Positions 19,598-29,437 of a stretch of DNA of 40,790 nt are shown here, piece after piece. Made by a program: the position numbers and the translations under genes. Under the pieces are notes generated by a model that ran no database searches, was not told the origin of the DNA, and saw nothing but the letters and a program-made list of their open reading frames with translations. This DNA comes from Chrysochromulina tobinii (lineage: Eukaryota): assembly GCA_001275005.1 (NCBI GenBank), contig JWZX01003235.1:1-40790 (forward strand). Reading direction: 5' to 3'. Every line of letters starts with the position of its first letter. Position 1 is the stretch's first letter.

Positions 19598-19741
19598 GCC
19601 ACTCACAGTTGAAAAGGTCCTGTACGGGTGTGAATTTTTGCATCACTCAGCTCTCCTTCTGCATGTGTCTCATTTCGAAAGTCATTTGTTGCTGTTTACG
19701 TGTTGGTGGTTTACGTGTTGGAGCTCAAGAATTGGTGTGAA
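19598..19741. promoter_or_regulatory. Bidirectional promoter region between ALKBH1 and PhyH
   Basis: 144-bp AT-richer gap between divergent ATGs. Confidence 0.45.
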
Positions 19742-20620
19742 ATGGCGGACACCTTCTCCACCCGCGGCTTCTGCGCCTTCCAGTCCCTGCTCTCCGCGTC
19801 GCAGCTACAGCTGCTGCGCCGCCAGTGCGATGATCGTCGCAAGGCCATCAGCCTCGCAGAGCTCTGCGAGGCGGATTGCGTGCTCGAGGCGCTGCCCGAG
19901 GAGAATTACCCTCCGGAGGCGCACTTGGCCCGCAGCAACTCAGCAGCGTACCTCGAGCTGCGAGCTTCAGAGGAGGCGGATCGAAAATGTCTGGACACGC
20001 TGCTCTTCAGCACGCTGGCCGCCGCCGCCATCGCCCTGCTCGGAGGTGCACCGCCACGCCTCTTCAACGAGCACTTCATCAACAAGCCCGCTAAGCTTGG
20101 GGGTCCATTTCGTTGGCACACGGACGCTGCACACCAACTTGAGGCGCTCTTCTCGCTGGCTGCCCCCGAGCGCTGCGATGAGCACGAGTACCTCTCGCTA
20201 TGGGTCGCGCTTGACGACATACAGGACGAGAACGGGCCCTTACTGCTCTTGCCTCTTGATGCTCCCCAGCCCCCTCAGACGCCGTGGTACCAGGTAGCCG
20301 ACGAGGCGACAGAGGCGTGGCTTGAGTCCCATACGGCGCATCTCGTGACGACAAGCGGCTTGCGCGCGGGCGATGCGGTTGCCTTCTCGTCGCGCGTGTG
20401 GCACCGCTCGCAGCCCAATACCAGCCACAGCGATCGGCGTGTCTTCTACGCACAGTACTCGCGCACGGTCCTTGGGATGGCAGAGGACAGTCCTCTCGCG
20501 CTCGCCATCCCCACGTGCCCTGACGCCAGTGCGAGCACTCGAGCTATGGGCCGCGCGATTTGCTTCCTGCCGCAGCTTGTCAGCGCTCCGAGCATGACTT
20601 CACGAGAGGCAGAGGAGTGA
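19742..20620 (+). CDS. Phytanoyl-CoA dioxygenase (PhyH) family 2OG-Fe(II) oxygenase
   Basis: FSTRGF, NKPAKLGGPFRWHTD (HxD), SLWVALDD..ENGPLLLLP and LRAGDAVAFSSRVWHRSQPNTSHSDRR. Confidence 0.85.
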   Translation: MADTFSTRGFCAFQSLLSASQLQLLRRQCDDRRKAISLAELCEADCVLEALPEENYPPEAHLARSNSAAYLELRASEEADRKCLDTLLFSTLAAAAIALLGGAPPRLFNEHFINKPAKLGGPFRWHTDAAHQLEALFSLAAPERCDEHEYLSLWVALDDIQDENGPLLLLPLDAPQPPQTPWYQVADEATEAWLESHTAHLVTTSGLRAGDAVAFSSRVWHRSQPNTSHSDRRVFYAQYSRTVLGMAEDSPLALAIPTCPDASASTRAMGRAICFLPQLVSAPSMTSREAEE

Positions 20621-21042
20621 GCTGTGCCGGGCGGGTACTCATACAGGCTAGGAGGCTACAACCTTCAGCTGTAGCTGTTACTGCACGCTGTGGGTTTTTC
20701 TTGAAGCGGCCGGACGTGAGGTGACAGAGGAACCTGTTAAAATCGTCAAAATTGAGAAGTTTAAGACCGGTGCAACGTGCATTGGAAGCAACGCAACATC
20801 GAATATATGAATATTGAATACGGCGGCTTGGCACTGTCGGACGGGACGTGTTAGGAGCGAGGAGGCTGGAGGGCGTTGCTGCCAGGCTGGGCGACGAAGT
20901 CGGTGAGTCGAAAGCACGGCAGTGGCACGCCGGAGTCACGAGTCACCCCGGTCCGGGGTCCCGCCGCGTGTGCGTCTCTCGGCTGCATGCTCGGCGGGCT
21001 CTCCAGGCAGTGGGCCACGGTGTCTCTGCCGCGGCCAACCGT

Positions 21043-22174
21043 TCACATCGCTCGTCCGTTGTCACGCACCTTGGCTGGCGGCTTCATGAAAGGCGTGATG
21101 ACCCGCGCCAGCCCTCCACTACCCACCGAGAGGTCGCTGCACTCGATCCCATTCACCCGATCGAAGTGGCGGCGCACAAGGTCGCCTGCGACGATCTTCT
21201 CAACGCCGCGACTGCGCAGCACCCACCGAGCAAAGTACGGATGAATCCGTACGTCGAGCCGGTTACGCAATGGGATGGGATCCTCGTAGTTGCGCCGCGA
21301 CTGGAGCAGCATCCAGGGCAGCCACATGAGCGCATCCACCTCAAGCGCGTCCGCCTTCGCGAGCCAAATGGTCTCCGCGCGGCTCTCATCAGGACTGCCA
21401 CTCGCCATGTGGATCCCCTGCTCCTCGCACCTGATGAGAGACGGAATCAGAGGGTCATCAGTGCTTCTCAGACGCAATCGGCATGATGGAGGGCGCCTCG
21501 CACCATGCCGCCGCGCCGCCCGACTTTTTGAGCACCTCGCGGCTTGTGGGCAGGCGCTCGTAGAGCATGTTCGCGAAGCGCGAGAGCAGCAGCGGCCCAC
21601 CACCGTGCTCGTCGAGCACCGAGCGGCCCACAGCGAGGGTGGCAGCTCGAGCGTCGTACTGGGCGCCGTCGACGGTCAAGTTCCCATCCTCTTGCGTTGG
21701 TATGGAGCGACGAAGCGGTAGCGGCTCGCCCGTCGGGAGCCGAGCGAGGACGTCGCTAATGCCGCGCACGGCCGCATCGCCTGGCTGCTCAACCTCGGCC
21801 AGGTAGATGGCGTACGACCCCACCGGCTGCCAGAGCACGGCTGGTTTCTGAGCCATCAAGACCGTCAGCCACTCCACGCTCACATGACCCATGCTCTCCT
21901 CGTACGCCTCGCGTGCAGCCGTGCCGATGGAACTTGTCTCGTCCTTATCACGTTTGCCACCGATGAAGGACCACGTGCCTGCGCGCCCTCGGCCCTGGCG
22001 CAGCGACTGCCGGCCGAGGAGCACCTCGACGCCCCCGGTGCTCCTCCGGAACGCCAGCAGGCCAGCCGCTGCGTAGCCCTTCTCCTCCGGTTCTCTCAAA
22101 TGAGTATCAAGATACACGGTGCCCTGCACTCCAACGGGCAGCACCATGCCTTGGCAACTACCCACCGCCAGCAT
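21043..22174 (-). CDS. Nudix hydrolase, 2 exons (22174-21504, 21430-21043), with a probable small helical (LOTUS/OST-HTH-like) insert
   Basis: Nudix box GGKRDKDETSSIGTAAREAYEES. A GT-AG intron at 21431-21503 joins ORFs 21458..22174 and 21043..21603 in frame (AAAW|CEEQG). Alternative start at 22147. Confidence 0.75.
21431..21503 (-). other. 73-nt spliceosomal intron with a boundary direct repeat
   Basis: G|GTGCGAGG...CTGAT...CTCATCAG|GTGCGAGG; splicing restores the reading frame. Confidence 0.75.
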
Positions 22175-22870
22175 GGGTAGTTGCCGCCGCCGCTATGATG
22201 ATGTGAGAGGCGTGGGCGAGCACCCTTGTGCCTGCTGTTCAACACAACGCGGCGGCGCAAACACTCCGGACCCCCAAGCACGAGGGCCTCTGTCGCTATG
22301 GACGGAGGTGTGGCCTTCGCGCGGGTGGCCAATACGGCGCTCATCTCGATCTGTGGGGAGTTACAGTGGAGTTACGAACTCTTGCGATCTCTTTGTGCGT
22401 CGACGCGTCGCGACGCTCATTACCGGTACCTCAATTGCTTGCTCAATTGCAGGGGCAAGGCCGTCTTAGCCCGAGGCCGGCGTTACCGGGTACATGTACA
22501 CATGTACACATGTACTGTATGCGCATGGCGTTTTACCCAGACGTTATCGCCACAGCGTGTTGGCTATGTCTCGACCGGACCCTGGTTTGAATCCCATCAC
22601 CAACGACCAGACCCCAGTGGTTCCGTTCTGTTATCGTATAATGTTAAACTGTGGAACTGAACGCCACGGTGAGTCCGGAGTGCACAGAGCCTCAGCAGTA
22701 TTTTCGCTCGCACGGTCGCGTCACAAAGACTACAGTCCACACAAACAATGCAATGCAACAATGACGTCGGGTGTTGATCGGGTGCCGTCAATTTGTACGT
22801 GGAATGGTCACCGCTCCTTTGCCCCCTCGGGCCTCCGGCCAAAAAAGCAACTCGGCGACTCTGCAGCATC

Positions 22871-24145
22871 TCATGGGCTGCAGCGGAGCAGCCCCTGATA
22901 CTCGTAGTCCGGCTCCCCAGCGGCCGCTCGCAGACGATCGGCGGCGGGGTGCGCTCCGGCCAGGTCGAAAAACTGCGACGCAGGGCGTGCCGGGATCCTT
23001 CCGCGTGGCGGCCACCAGCCCATCGCCATCGCGGCGCTGGCAGCTCCCACTGCGACGCCAACACCTAGCAAACCACCTACAGCCAAGGAGGGCAAGTGCC
23101 ACCCACTCAGCCAGGAGTGGGCGCGGTGCACCGACGAGCCACCGCCACGGCGCCGCGCCGAGATGGGCATCAGCTCGCTCGTCGACGCGTTAGGCGCATG
23201 CCAGCCGGCGGCTGCGCGCTGACCACCTACTCGAGGGACATCACTCCCGATGAACGCCTCCTTCACAGCTCGACCTGTGAACTCAACGGGCGCGCCCAGG
23301 CCGAGCGCGTGCAGGAGCGTGGGGGCACTGTCCATGATGGAGACGGGCCACGTGATGCGGTGCCCCGGTCGAACGCCCGGACCCACGAGCAGCCATTGCA
23401 CAGCGAGCTCCTCCGTCGTGAAGCCACCGTGCTCCCTTCCTGTCGCCACCTCACGTCCGTGATCACTCATCACGATCAGCGTGGTCTTGTCGGACATGCC
23501 CGCCACCTGCAGCGCCTCAAGTACTCGGCCCACCCATGCGTCCGCTGTCTGCACCAGCTGCAGGTAACCCGCAGAGTCGCCTCCGCGGGCGTGCCCGCAC
23601 TCATCAAGCATGTCTATGTACAGCCACGAGAGTGCGTATCGGGAGCGGCGCAGCCCGTTGGCGAAGCTGGAGACGAGCCGCGCCTCGACCACGAGGCATT
23701 CGTCACAGCCCTTGCAAGCGTGCAGCGTGGAGGCGTTGAGCGATCGGGGCGGCAGCAGCTGCGCCAGAGGTGGCCATGAGTAGAAGGCTCCGGTGGATAG
23801 GCCAGGGCGTTGCGCACGAGCCGCGGTGAACATGTTAGGCCAAACTGCACCGCGGTCGAACGTGGCAGGTCGCACGTCGTCATCCAGGGCGGCCGTGTGC
23901 ACCCCGTGAAACTCGGGCGGTGCTGAGAACAGGGTGGACGCCCAATTGGGAAGCGATATGGATGGCATTGTGCAGCGTGCATCGTCCGTGTAGGCGCCGC
24001 GTTCTCGCAGCGCCTTGAGGTTGGGTGCAAGACCTGCATTTATGGCACGGTGGAGCGCCCGCACTGAGAGGCCGTCGAGACCTATGAGCACGGCGTGCCG
24101 CGCCGAGGCGAAGCCGGCGTCGTGTCCCATGTCGTCGTTCAACAT
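22871..24145 (-). CDS. Type I phosphodiesterase / nucleotide pyrophosphatase (alkaline phosphatase superfamily) with a C-terminal TM helix
   Basis: HAVLIGLDGL, MPSISLPNWAS..PEFHGV, YIDMLDECGH, IVMSDHG, HGG and SIMDSAPT; hydrophobic LAVGGLLGVGVAVGAASAAMAMGWW near the C-terminus. Confidence 0.85.
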   Translation of the reverse strand: MLNDDMGHDAGFASARHAVLIGLDGLSVRALHRAINAGLAPNLKALRERGAYTDDARCTMPSISLPNWASTLFSAPPEFHGVHTAALDDDVRPATFDRGAVWPNMFTAARAQRPGLSTGAFYSWPPLAQLLPPRSLNASTLHACKGCDECLVVEARLVSSFANGLRRSRYALSWLYIDMLDECGHARGGDSAGYLQLVQTADAWVGRVLEALQVAGMSDKTTLIVMSDHGREVATGREHGGFTTEELAVQWLLVGPGVRPGHRITWPVSIMDSAPTLLHALGLGAPVEFTGRAVKEAFIGSDVPRVGGQRAAAGWHAPNASTSELMPISARRRGGGSSVHRAHSWLSGWHLPSLAVGGLLGVGVAVGAASAAMAMGWWPPRGRIPARPASQFFDLAGAHPAADRLRAAAGEPDYEYQGLLRCSP

Positions 24146-24190
24146 CAGACGCGGTTTTAGTCAGTTTCGTCGCGGTCCACCCGCGCTCAC

Positions 24191-24245
24191 TCACAGCCAA
24201 TGTTTAGAATTCGACACCCAAGACACCGGACCGGCACTCACACCG
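24191..24245. repeat. Partial copy of repeat family A
   Basis: TCACAGCCAATGTTTAGAATTCGACACCCAAGACACCGGACCGGC (24191-24235) is near-identical to 8408-8452. Confidence 0.75.
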
Positions 24246-24249
24246 TAAG

Positions 24250-24316
24250 CAAGCAAGCAAGCAAGCACTTTTAGGTACTTGTGTTGTTTCGACTAAGTAG
24301 CTTGCTTGCTTGCTTG
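24250..24316. mobile_element. 67-bp mini inverted-repeat element with (CAAG)n TIRs and a 9-bp TSD
   Basis: Perfect 17-bp TIRs CAAGCAAGCAAGCAAGC / GCTTGCTTGCTTGCTTG, flanked by CACCGTAAG at 24241-24249 and 24317-24325. Confidence 0.7.
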
Positions 24317-24489
24317 CACCGTAAGGACGGCTCCGCCGCACCCCTCGGTCAACACAAGTACTGAGATGTGAGAACTTGCTCTCTCGGGTCACTCAATTAT
24401 GCTAGTGAGGTCGGTCTCTCGCCTCGCGTGTTCGCGCCGGACGCGCGGACGGATGTAACCACTGGGAGCGCTCCGCTGGCAATGATTCG

Positions 24490-24580
24490 CAATGTCCGCT
24501 GGATTCGAACGCGGGCGACGGGCTCGGCTTATGCGCTTGAGCGCTTCTCGGTGCCTTACCGGCCTAGAGCATTCACAGCA
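24490..24580 (-). pseudogene. Degenerate tRNA-like sequence (tRNA pseudogene or SINE head)
   Basis: The minus strand has an A-box/D-loop-like TGCTCTAGGCCGGTAAGGCAC and a B-box GTTCGAATCC, but the T-stem and acceptor stem pair imperfectly. Confidence 0.3.
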
Positions 24581-24915
24581 TGCTCATCCCCCCCCGGGTA
24601 CCCCCCCGCTCGGCTAGCTCTCGCGGATACGAATCAAGCCGAACCGCCGTTTTCGCAGCGTCTCGCACTTCATCTCGCACTTCAGCATCGGCGGCCGGCA
24701 AGGCGTGCGCGTGGGGACTCCCCCACGCCCGCTCTAGAAACCCCTCTCTCGCTTTGCTCATAGACCCATTCGCGTGGTGCGTGTGTGTGTGCATCTCATG
24801 GCATGTGTGCCCCGCTGCTGCCATCGGCAGCCACTCTAACCCTGACGCATCGCGGCTATCGCGCGGCCACCAAGGCCTTAAACGGCGTTACGGGGCATTA
24901 CGCTTACCATAGGCC

Positions 24916-26472
24916 TTACGTCATCGCGGGCCTCTCGGCAGTGCCCGGAGCGTGGGGCGGATGCACGTCGTAGAATTTGTCCATCGTCTGGCTGTCGTAG
25001 AATCTCACCATCGTTTGTTTAGGCGAATGAGCCAGCGGCTGCCTCCAGGGGGACGGGGGCGCATTTGGTGCCACCGGCGAGAAGCTTGGCAGCGGCTGCA
25101 GGTGCGCAAAGGAGCGCTCTGGCCGCATGGGGGACCCTGGACTCGAGAGCCCACGGGGTTGCATCGGCGAGGAGGGCGGCGAGCCAGAGAGTGATACGAG
25201 CGGTGCGCCGCTGGCGCCGTGTGTGAATGGCAGGCTGTAAAGCGGTGGCAAAGGTCGACGTGGCGGCGAGGGAGTGAGCGGGAGGGCGGCGAGCGGGTGG
25301 AGAACGGCATTGGGCGGGAGGTTCCCAAAGGTTCCCGGAGTAGGGCTCCCGGAGAGGGGGCGTGGCGATAAGGTGGAGAATGGCCGCGGCGGCGAGTCAC
25401 CCGAGGGCGAGAGTGGCTTGCGACTCGACGGCGACGCCGTGGATGGCTCGAGTCGCGAGGAGCGGTAGGGCTGCGTGGAGCGGTATGAGGAGTGGAGCTG
25501 CCGGAGGAACGCAGGCGAGTGCGTCTCGTACTTTGCCGTCGAGTGCAGTTGCTCCAAGGGCAGATACCTTGCACCCTCCTTAGCCAGCTGAAGTCGCGCG
25601 CCCGAGTTCAAGTGCTTGTCGAAGCGCTCGTCGACAACGAGATCGTAGGCCGCACGCGCAACCGCCGTCCGCTCGACGTATGCGGGCTGATGGTCGAGCG
25701 AGTTTTCGAAGAATGCCGCGTTGGTGGCGTTCCACGGCGACATCAGGTACTGCTTCGAGAGCGCGCCGCGCAGGCGCGAGCTCGACTTCGTGCGCTTGAC
25801 GACGGTGTCGGGCGAGTCGGCGCCGCTCTTCCGTCGACGCGTAAATTTGCCCATGCCCACTCCGCAGCGCAGGTTCTTATGCAGCTCGTGCAGCGTGAGC
25901 GTGCCCGAGCCGTCGACATCCATTGCATCGAAGACGTCGTCGATCTCGTTCGAGTGCGCGAGCAGCTCCATTTCGTGACTCGTGCTGTCGTTACCGCTGC
26001 CGCCACCGTGCAGCGCCACGACCGCCCGCCGAAACTCGTGCTTGTCGATCGTGCCGTCACCTGACGCGTCGGCCTGCATGAAGAAGTTGCGGAAACTCGT
26101 CGCTTTGCGGCGAAGGCTGTCTCTAAGCACGTAGCTGAAGTACTCCTTGTACGAGATCTCTCCCGAGCCGTCGCTGTCGAACTCTGCAAACAACTCATCA
26201 TAAATGTGCGTCGGGAAGCGAAAGCCATCGCCGAGCGTTGCCATGCAGTCACGGAACTCACACAGGGAGATCATCCCATTGCGGTCCACGTCCATGACCT
26301 CAAAGAGCGAGCTCACCGTGCTGATATGTTTCGAGAGCAGGTCGCGCAGCTTCTTATGCTGATCGTGGCGCTTCTTCTCGAATTCCTGCATCTTCTTCAG
26401 CGCACTTGTTGCTTCTTTGCGGGCGTCCTTCAGCGAGCCGAGCGAGCCAATTCCGACGCAGCAGACGGGCAT
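24916..26472 (-). CDS. EF-hand calcium-binding protein (four EF-hands) with a Pro/Ser-rich tail
   Basis: EF loops DVDRNGMISLCE, DSDGSGEISYKE, DASGDGTIDKHE and DVDGSGTLTLHE. Confidence 0.85.
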   Translation of the reverse strand: MPVCCVGIGSLGSLKDARKEATSALKKMQEFEKKRHDQHKKLRDLLSKHISTVSSLFEVMDVDRNGMISLCEFRDCMATLGDGFRFPTHIYDELFAEFDSDGSGEISYKEYFSYVLRDSLRRKATSFRNFFMQADASGDGTIDKHEFRRAVVALHGGGSGNDSTSHEMELLAHSNEIDDVFDAMDVDGSGTLTLHELHKNLRCGVGMGKFTRRRKSGADSPDTVVKRTKSSSRLRGALSKQYLMSPWNATNAAFFENSLDHQPAYVERTAVARAAYDLVVDERFDKHLNSGARLQLAKEGARYLPLEQLHSTAKYETHSPAFLRQLHSSYRSTQPYRSSRLEPSTASPSSRKPLSPSGDSPPRPFSTLSPRPLSGSPTPGTFGNLPPNAVLHPLAALPLTPSPPRRPLPPLYSLPFTHGASGAPLVSLSGSPPSSPMQPRGLSSPGSPMRPERSFAHLQPLPSFSPVAPNAPPSPWRQPLAHSPKQTMVRFYDSQTMDKFYDVHPPHAPGTAERPAMT

Positions 26473-26625
26473 GGCGCTGGTTACCTCAGGTCGGTTCCAC
26501 TCCTCTCTCTTGCTGCACGAAGCAACTTTCGACTCTTTTTGTGAAGTTTACGCAAGTTTACCGGTACCGTTCAGTGACGCGCGATGCGCATTTATCAATT
26601 TACATGTTCGTCTCCTCCTCTTCAG

Positions 26626-27048
26626 ATGTTCTGTGAATGGTGGGACCTCCTCTGTGTCGGCCGTGTGTCGGCAGAGGTTATCGATACCCGGAGGCGGACG
26701 GTGAGCGGACGACCGTCTCGTTGCTTCATGCTCACCAGCCCTCTGAACAGTGCGAGAGGGCGTCCGGCTGCGCCCGTGGGCGGCGATCCTCTGCTTCATC
26801 CCAAGGGCGGAGTGGTTAAGCTGGAGATGATGCAGAAGCAGCTGCTGCGCGCTGAGGCTGCAGCGGAGATGGAGTCAGCGGTGTGCCGCGGCGACCTTGC
26901 AGCCTTTGAGACGCGGCTGGACCATTGGCGTGGGGTGCGACCACAGATGACGATGTCATCGCGTCGCAGCATCATGTTGTCTATGCCAGACCCTGACGTT
27001 ACGCGGCCGGCAAGAATCGTGCCGATCATGTTTAGTGCGAGCCGATGA
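26626..27048 (+). CDS. Small hypothetical protein (start uncertain: 26626 or 26728)
   Basis: Open frame filling the gap between the EF-hand and JmjC genes, with protein-like composition; no recognisable motif. Confidence 0.35.
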   Translation: MFCEWWDLLCVGRVSAEVIDTRRRTVSGRPSRCFMLTSPLNSARGRPAAPVGGDPLLHPKGGVVKLEMMQKQLLRAEAAAEMESAVCRGDLAAFETRLDHWRGVRPQMTMSSRRSIMLSMPDPDVTRPARIVPIMFSASR

Positions 27049-27127
27049 GTTGCTTTGATGCGAGAATTTAGAGCGGGGTCCGCGTTTGTAAGTATAAGCA
27101 GAGCCGAGGAATTTGATCTGAACGACA

Positions 27128-29060
27128 TTATAATCTCATCTCAAGGGAGAGGCCTCCGGGCACCTCATCAAATTCGGACGTGGTCGCAAGGATGCGCAGG
27201 AGCCGCCACGCGCCGTCGGCCCCGCACGCCCATCCAAAGAGCTCCTCGGTGAAGTCCGCAACGAGCTCGGCTGCTACGGCGCGCTCAAAGGTGCGCCCCT
27301 CAAAGGAGGTTCCGACGGCCGCATCGGGCTCGAGCACGATCGAAGCCACCGCCTCGGCGTACGCGGTGAGGCGCCGCAGGAGGGCAGGGTCACGCTCGGG
27401 TGCATGCGCAGGCAGCTCCCTTAGCGCCGCTGTGCCGAGGCAGTCAGCGATGGCGCCCATGCCTGCGGCGGCGCCCTCGTGAAGCGCGCCGTACAGTGGT
27501 GCGTAGCGCGAGGCCCACAGGTGGGCGAGGAACTCTCGCGGCGATTGGGAGAGTACTTTGGCGGCGCACGCATGCAATAGGGACGCGGCGACCATGGCTG
27601 CGGCGCGCGCCTTGGAGCACACACCTCCGACCGCGAAGCGGCCGAGCGGCGCGGCGAGCCAGCCCGAGCGCTGCCACGTCGCCTGCTCCCATGAGGTCGA
27701 GAAGGCGGCCAGCGCGATCGACGGCTCTGGAGAGTAGACGGCGTGTGCCCAATAAGGCGGGATGTAGAGCAAATCTCCGACGCCCAGATCGACGCGACGT
27801 GCGCCACGTGAGCCGAGGAGCGCGGGCGCATCAACAAGCGGGTAGGCGCCCACGGCGCCCGGCAGCGTGGCCCCCTGTACGCCGCCCGCCTCCACGGATG
27901 CCCGGACAGCCTCGAGGCGATGCAGAGGCACTTGAGACTGGCGGTGGGCGGCGTGGATCGCGGGGTACAAGTGCAAGCTCGGCAACTCCGAGGGCGGCCA
28001 TAGCAGCACGCGCTTGCGCCCGCGGAGGATGCAGAGCAAGTTGTGACTCTTGTCATAGTGCGTACCTGTGCGGAAGGAACGGCGCCGTGGTGAGCACTTG
28101 GATGCACACGTGGACGCGTGGACGCGTGGGCAGCGCTGTCTGGAGCGTACGTGCGAGCACATCCGCACTCGTGAGCCACAAGCGCAGCGACGTGCGGTTG
28201 AGGGGCAGAGTGCGACCTCTTCCGCCCGCCGCCTCAGGCTCGGCCGGTGTCGTGCCGGGCTCGAGCGGCGGCACGTCCTTCAGCTTCATCGCCTCCGCTG
28301 GCTCCAAATCGGCGAGGAGCGACGTCGTGCGCCAATGGGACGTCGTGGACTCGCCCAGCGAGCCCGAGTAATAGAAGCGCCACTTGGGCGCGGCGCCGTC
28401 GCGCGGTGTAAGGAGGACGTCGGCCACGCTCACGTTCCGCGTCTCCGGCCACAGGGGCTCCCATGACGGTGCACCCTGCAGCAGAGGCGCCGATCCGCCA
28501 CGCTCGGGTGCGGTGAGCACAAACTCAGAGCCCTGCTGCACACGCGCCACGAGCCAGGGCACATCCGCACCTAGGCCTGAGATATCCCACCGGAGTGCGC
28601 GCCAACTGCGCGCAAACGAGCGCGGCCAGCAGACGGGCTCGCGCGCGCTTGCAGCGGCTGCGATGCTCGCAGCTGAAGCCTCAGATTGCTCGCACTTCAG
28701 CGAAGGGCCCTGTGCAAAGGTTAGGTCAAACGGCGAAGAAGACGAGATGGCTGACACCACCACAGGGACATCCACAACTTCGGAGGCCCCGTTCCGCCGC
28801 CATTCAGAGACTATTTGCGAAGCAGCGGCCAGTGAGGCGCCGATCGCGCAGGTGCCGATCGCTATGTGGATGCGTGAAGAGCGCTTGGCACTGAGCAATT
28901 CGTCCTGGCGTATCGACTGCGGTGGCAGCCTTGATGCTAGTGGTGTGATTGGCTTTGGCTTCTCTGCAGCGGAGGCGGAGCTGCCCTTGAGCCGGCGGCG
29001 AGGGCTCGCCGGCGGCGTGCTTCCGCTTGTCGATCGGCTTGATGGGCTTGTCGCCGCCAT
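27128..29060 (-). CDS. JmjC / cupin-8 2OG-Fe(II) oxygenase (FIH/JMJD5-like), 2 exons (29060-28151, 28065-27128), with an N-terminal hydrophobic segment
   Basis: Spliced sequence LWLTSADVLAR|THYDKSHNLLCILRGRKRVLLWPP (HxD) ... LGVGDLLYIPPYWAHAV. A GT-AG intron at 28066-28150 restores the frame, giving 615 aa. Confidence 0.82.
28066..28150 (-). other. 85-nt spliceosomal intron with a boundary direct repeat
   Basis: C|GTACGC...CCTTCCGCACAG|GTACGC; internal CCACG(C/T)GT three times. Confidence 0.78.
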
Positions 29061-29080
29061 CGAAACCTCGTGTGAAGAGT

Positions 29081-29215
29081 GTGTGAAGAAAACTTGAACT
29101 TGAACTTGAACTTGAACTTGAAGAAAGGTGTTCAGGGGTCCCGAGCTAGTGGTAACCGCATCCGTTGTACGCCGGTCCGGTGTCTTGGGTGTCGAATTAT
29201 AACCATTGGCTGTGA
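29081..29215. repeat. Arm of repeat family A interrupted by (AACTTG)5
   Basis: 29127-29215 is an imperfect reverse complement of 8408-8500. (AACTTG)5 at 29091-29120 is flanked by TGAAGAAA at 29084-29091 and 29119-29126. Confidence 0.75.
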
Positions 29216-29437
29216 AGACTCTTCGAGACGTGAAACATGGAGAAGACTCGCCACGTTCACGTTAATTCGCCATTTTGGCAAGACGCACAACCGCCGGTCC
29301 CGTGGAGACACAGACCGTGGAAGGCGCAGAAGAAAGACTCGCCAGTAAATTTTTGGTACCGGTGGAGTGAGGAGTCCCGACGAAAATTCAAAATAAACCG
29401 AAAATGCGCGAAAAGCCCAAGGTGTCATCTGACACAC

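Noticed and set aside
22530..22602. tRNA-like GGTTTGAATCCCATCACCA
   Set aside because: The B-box is imperfect and I could not fold a T-stem, anticodon arm or acceptor stem.
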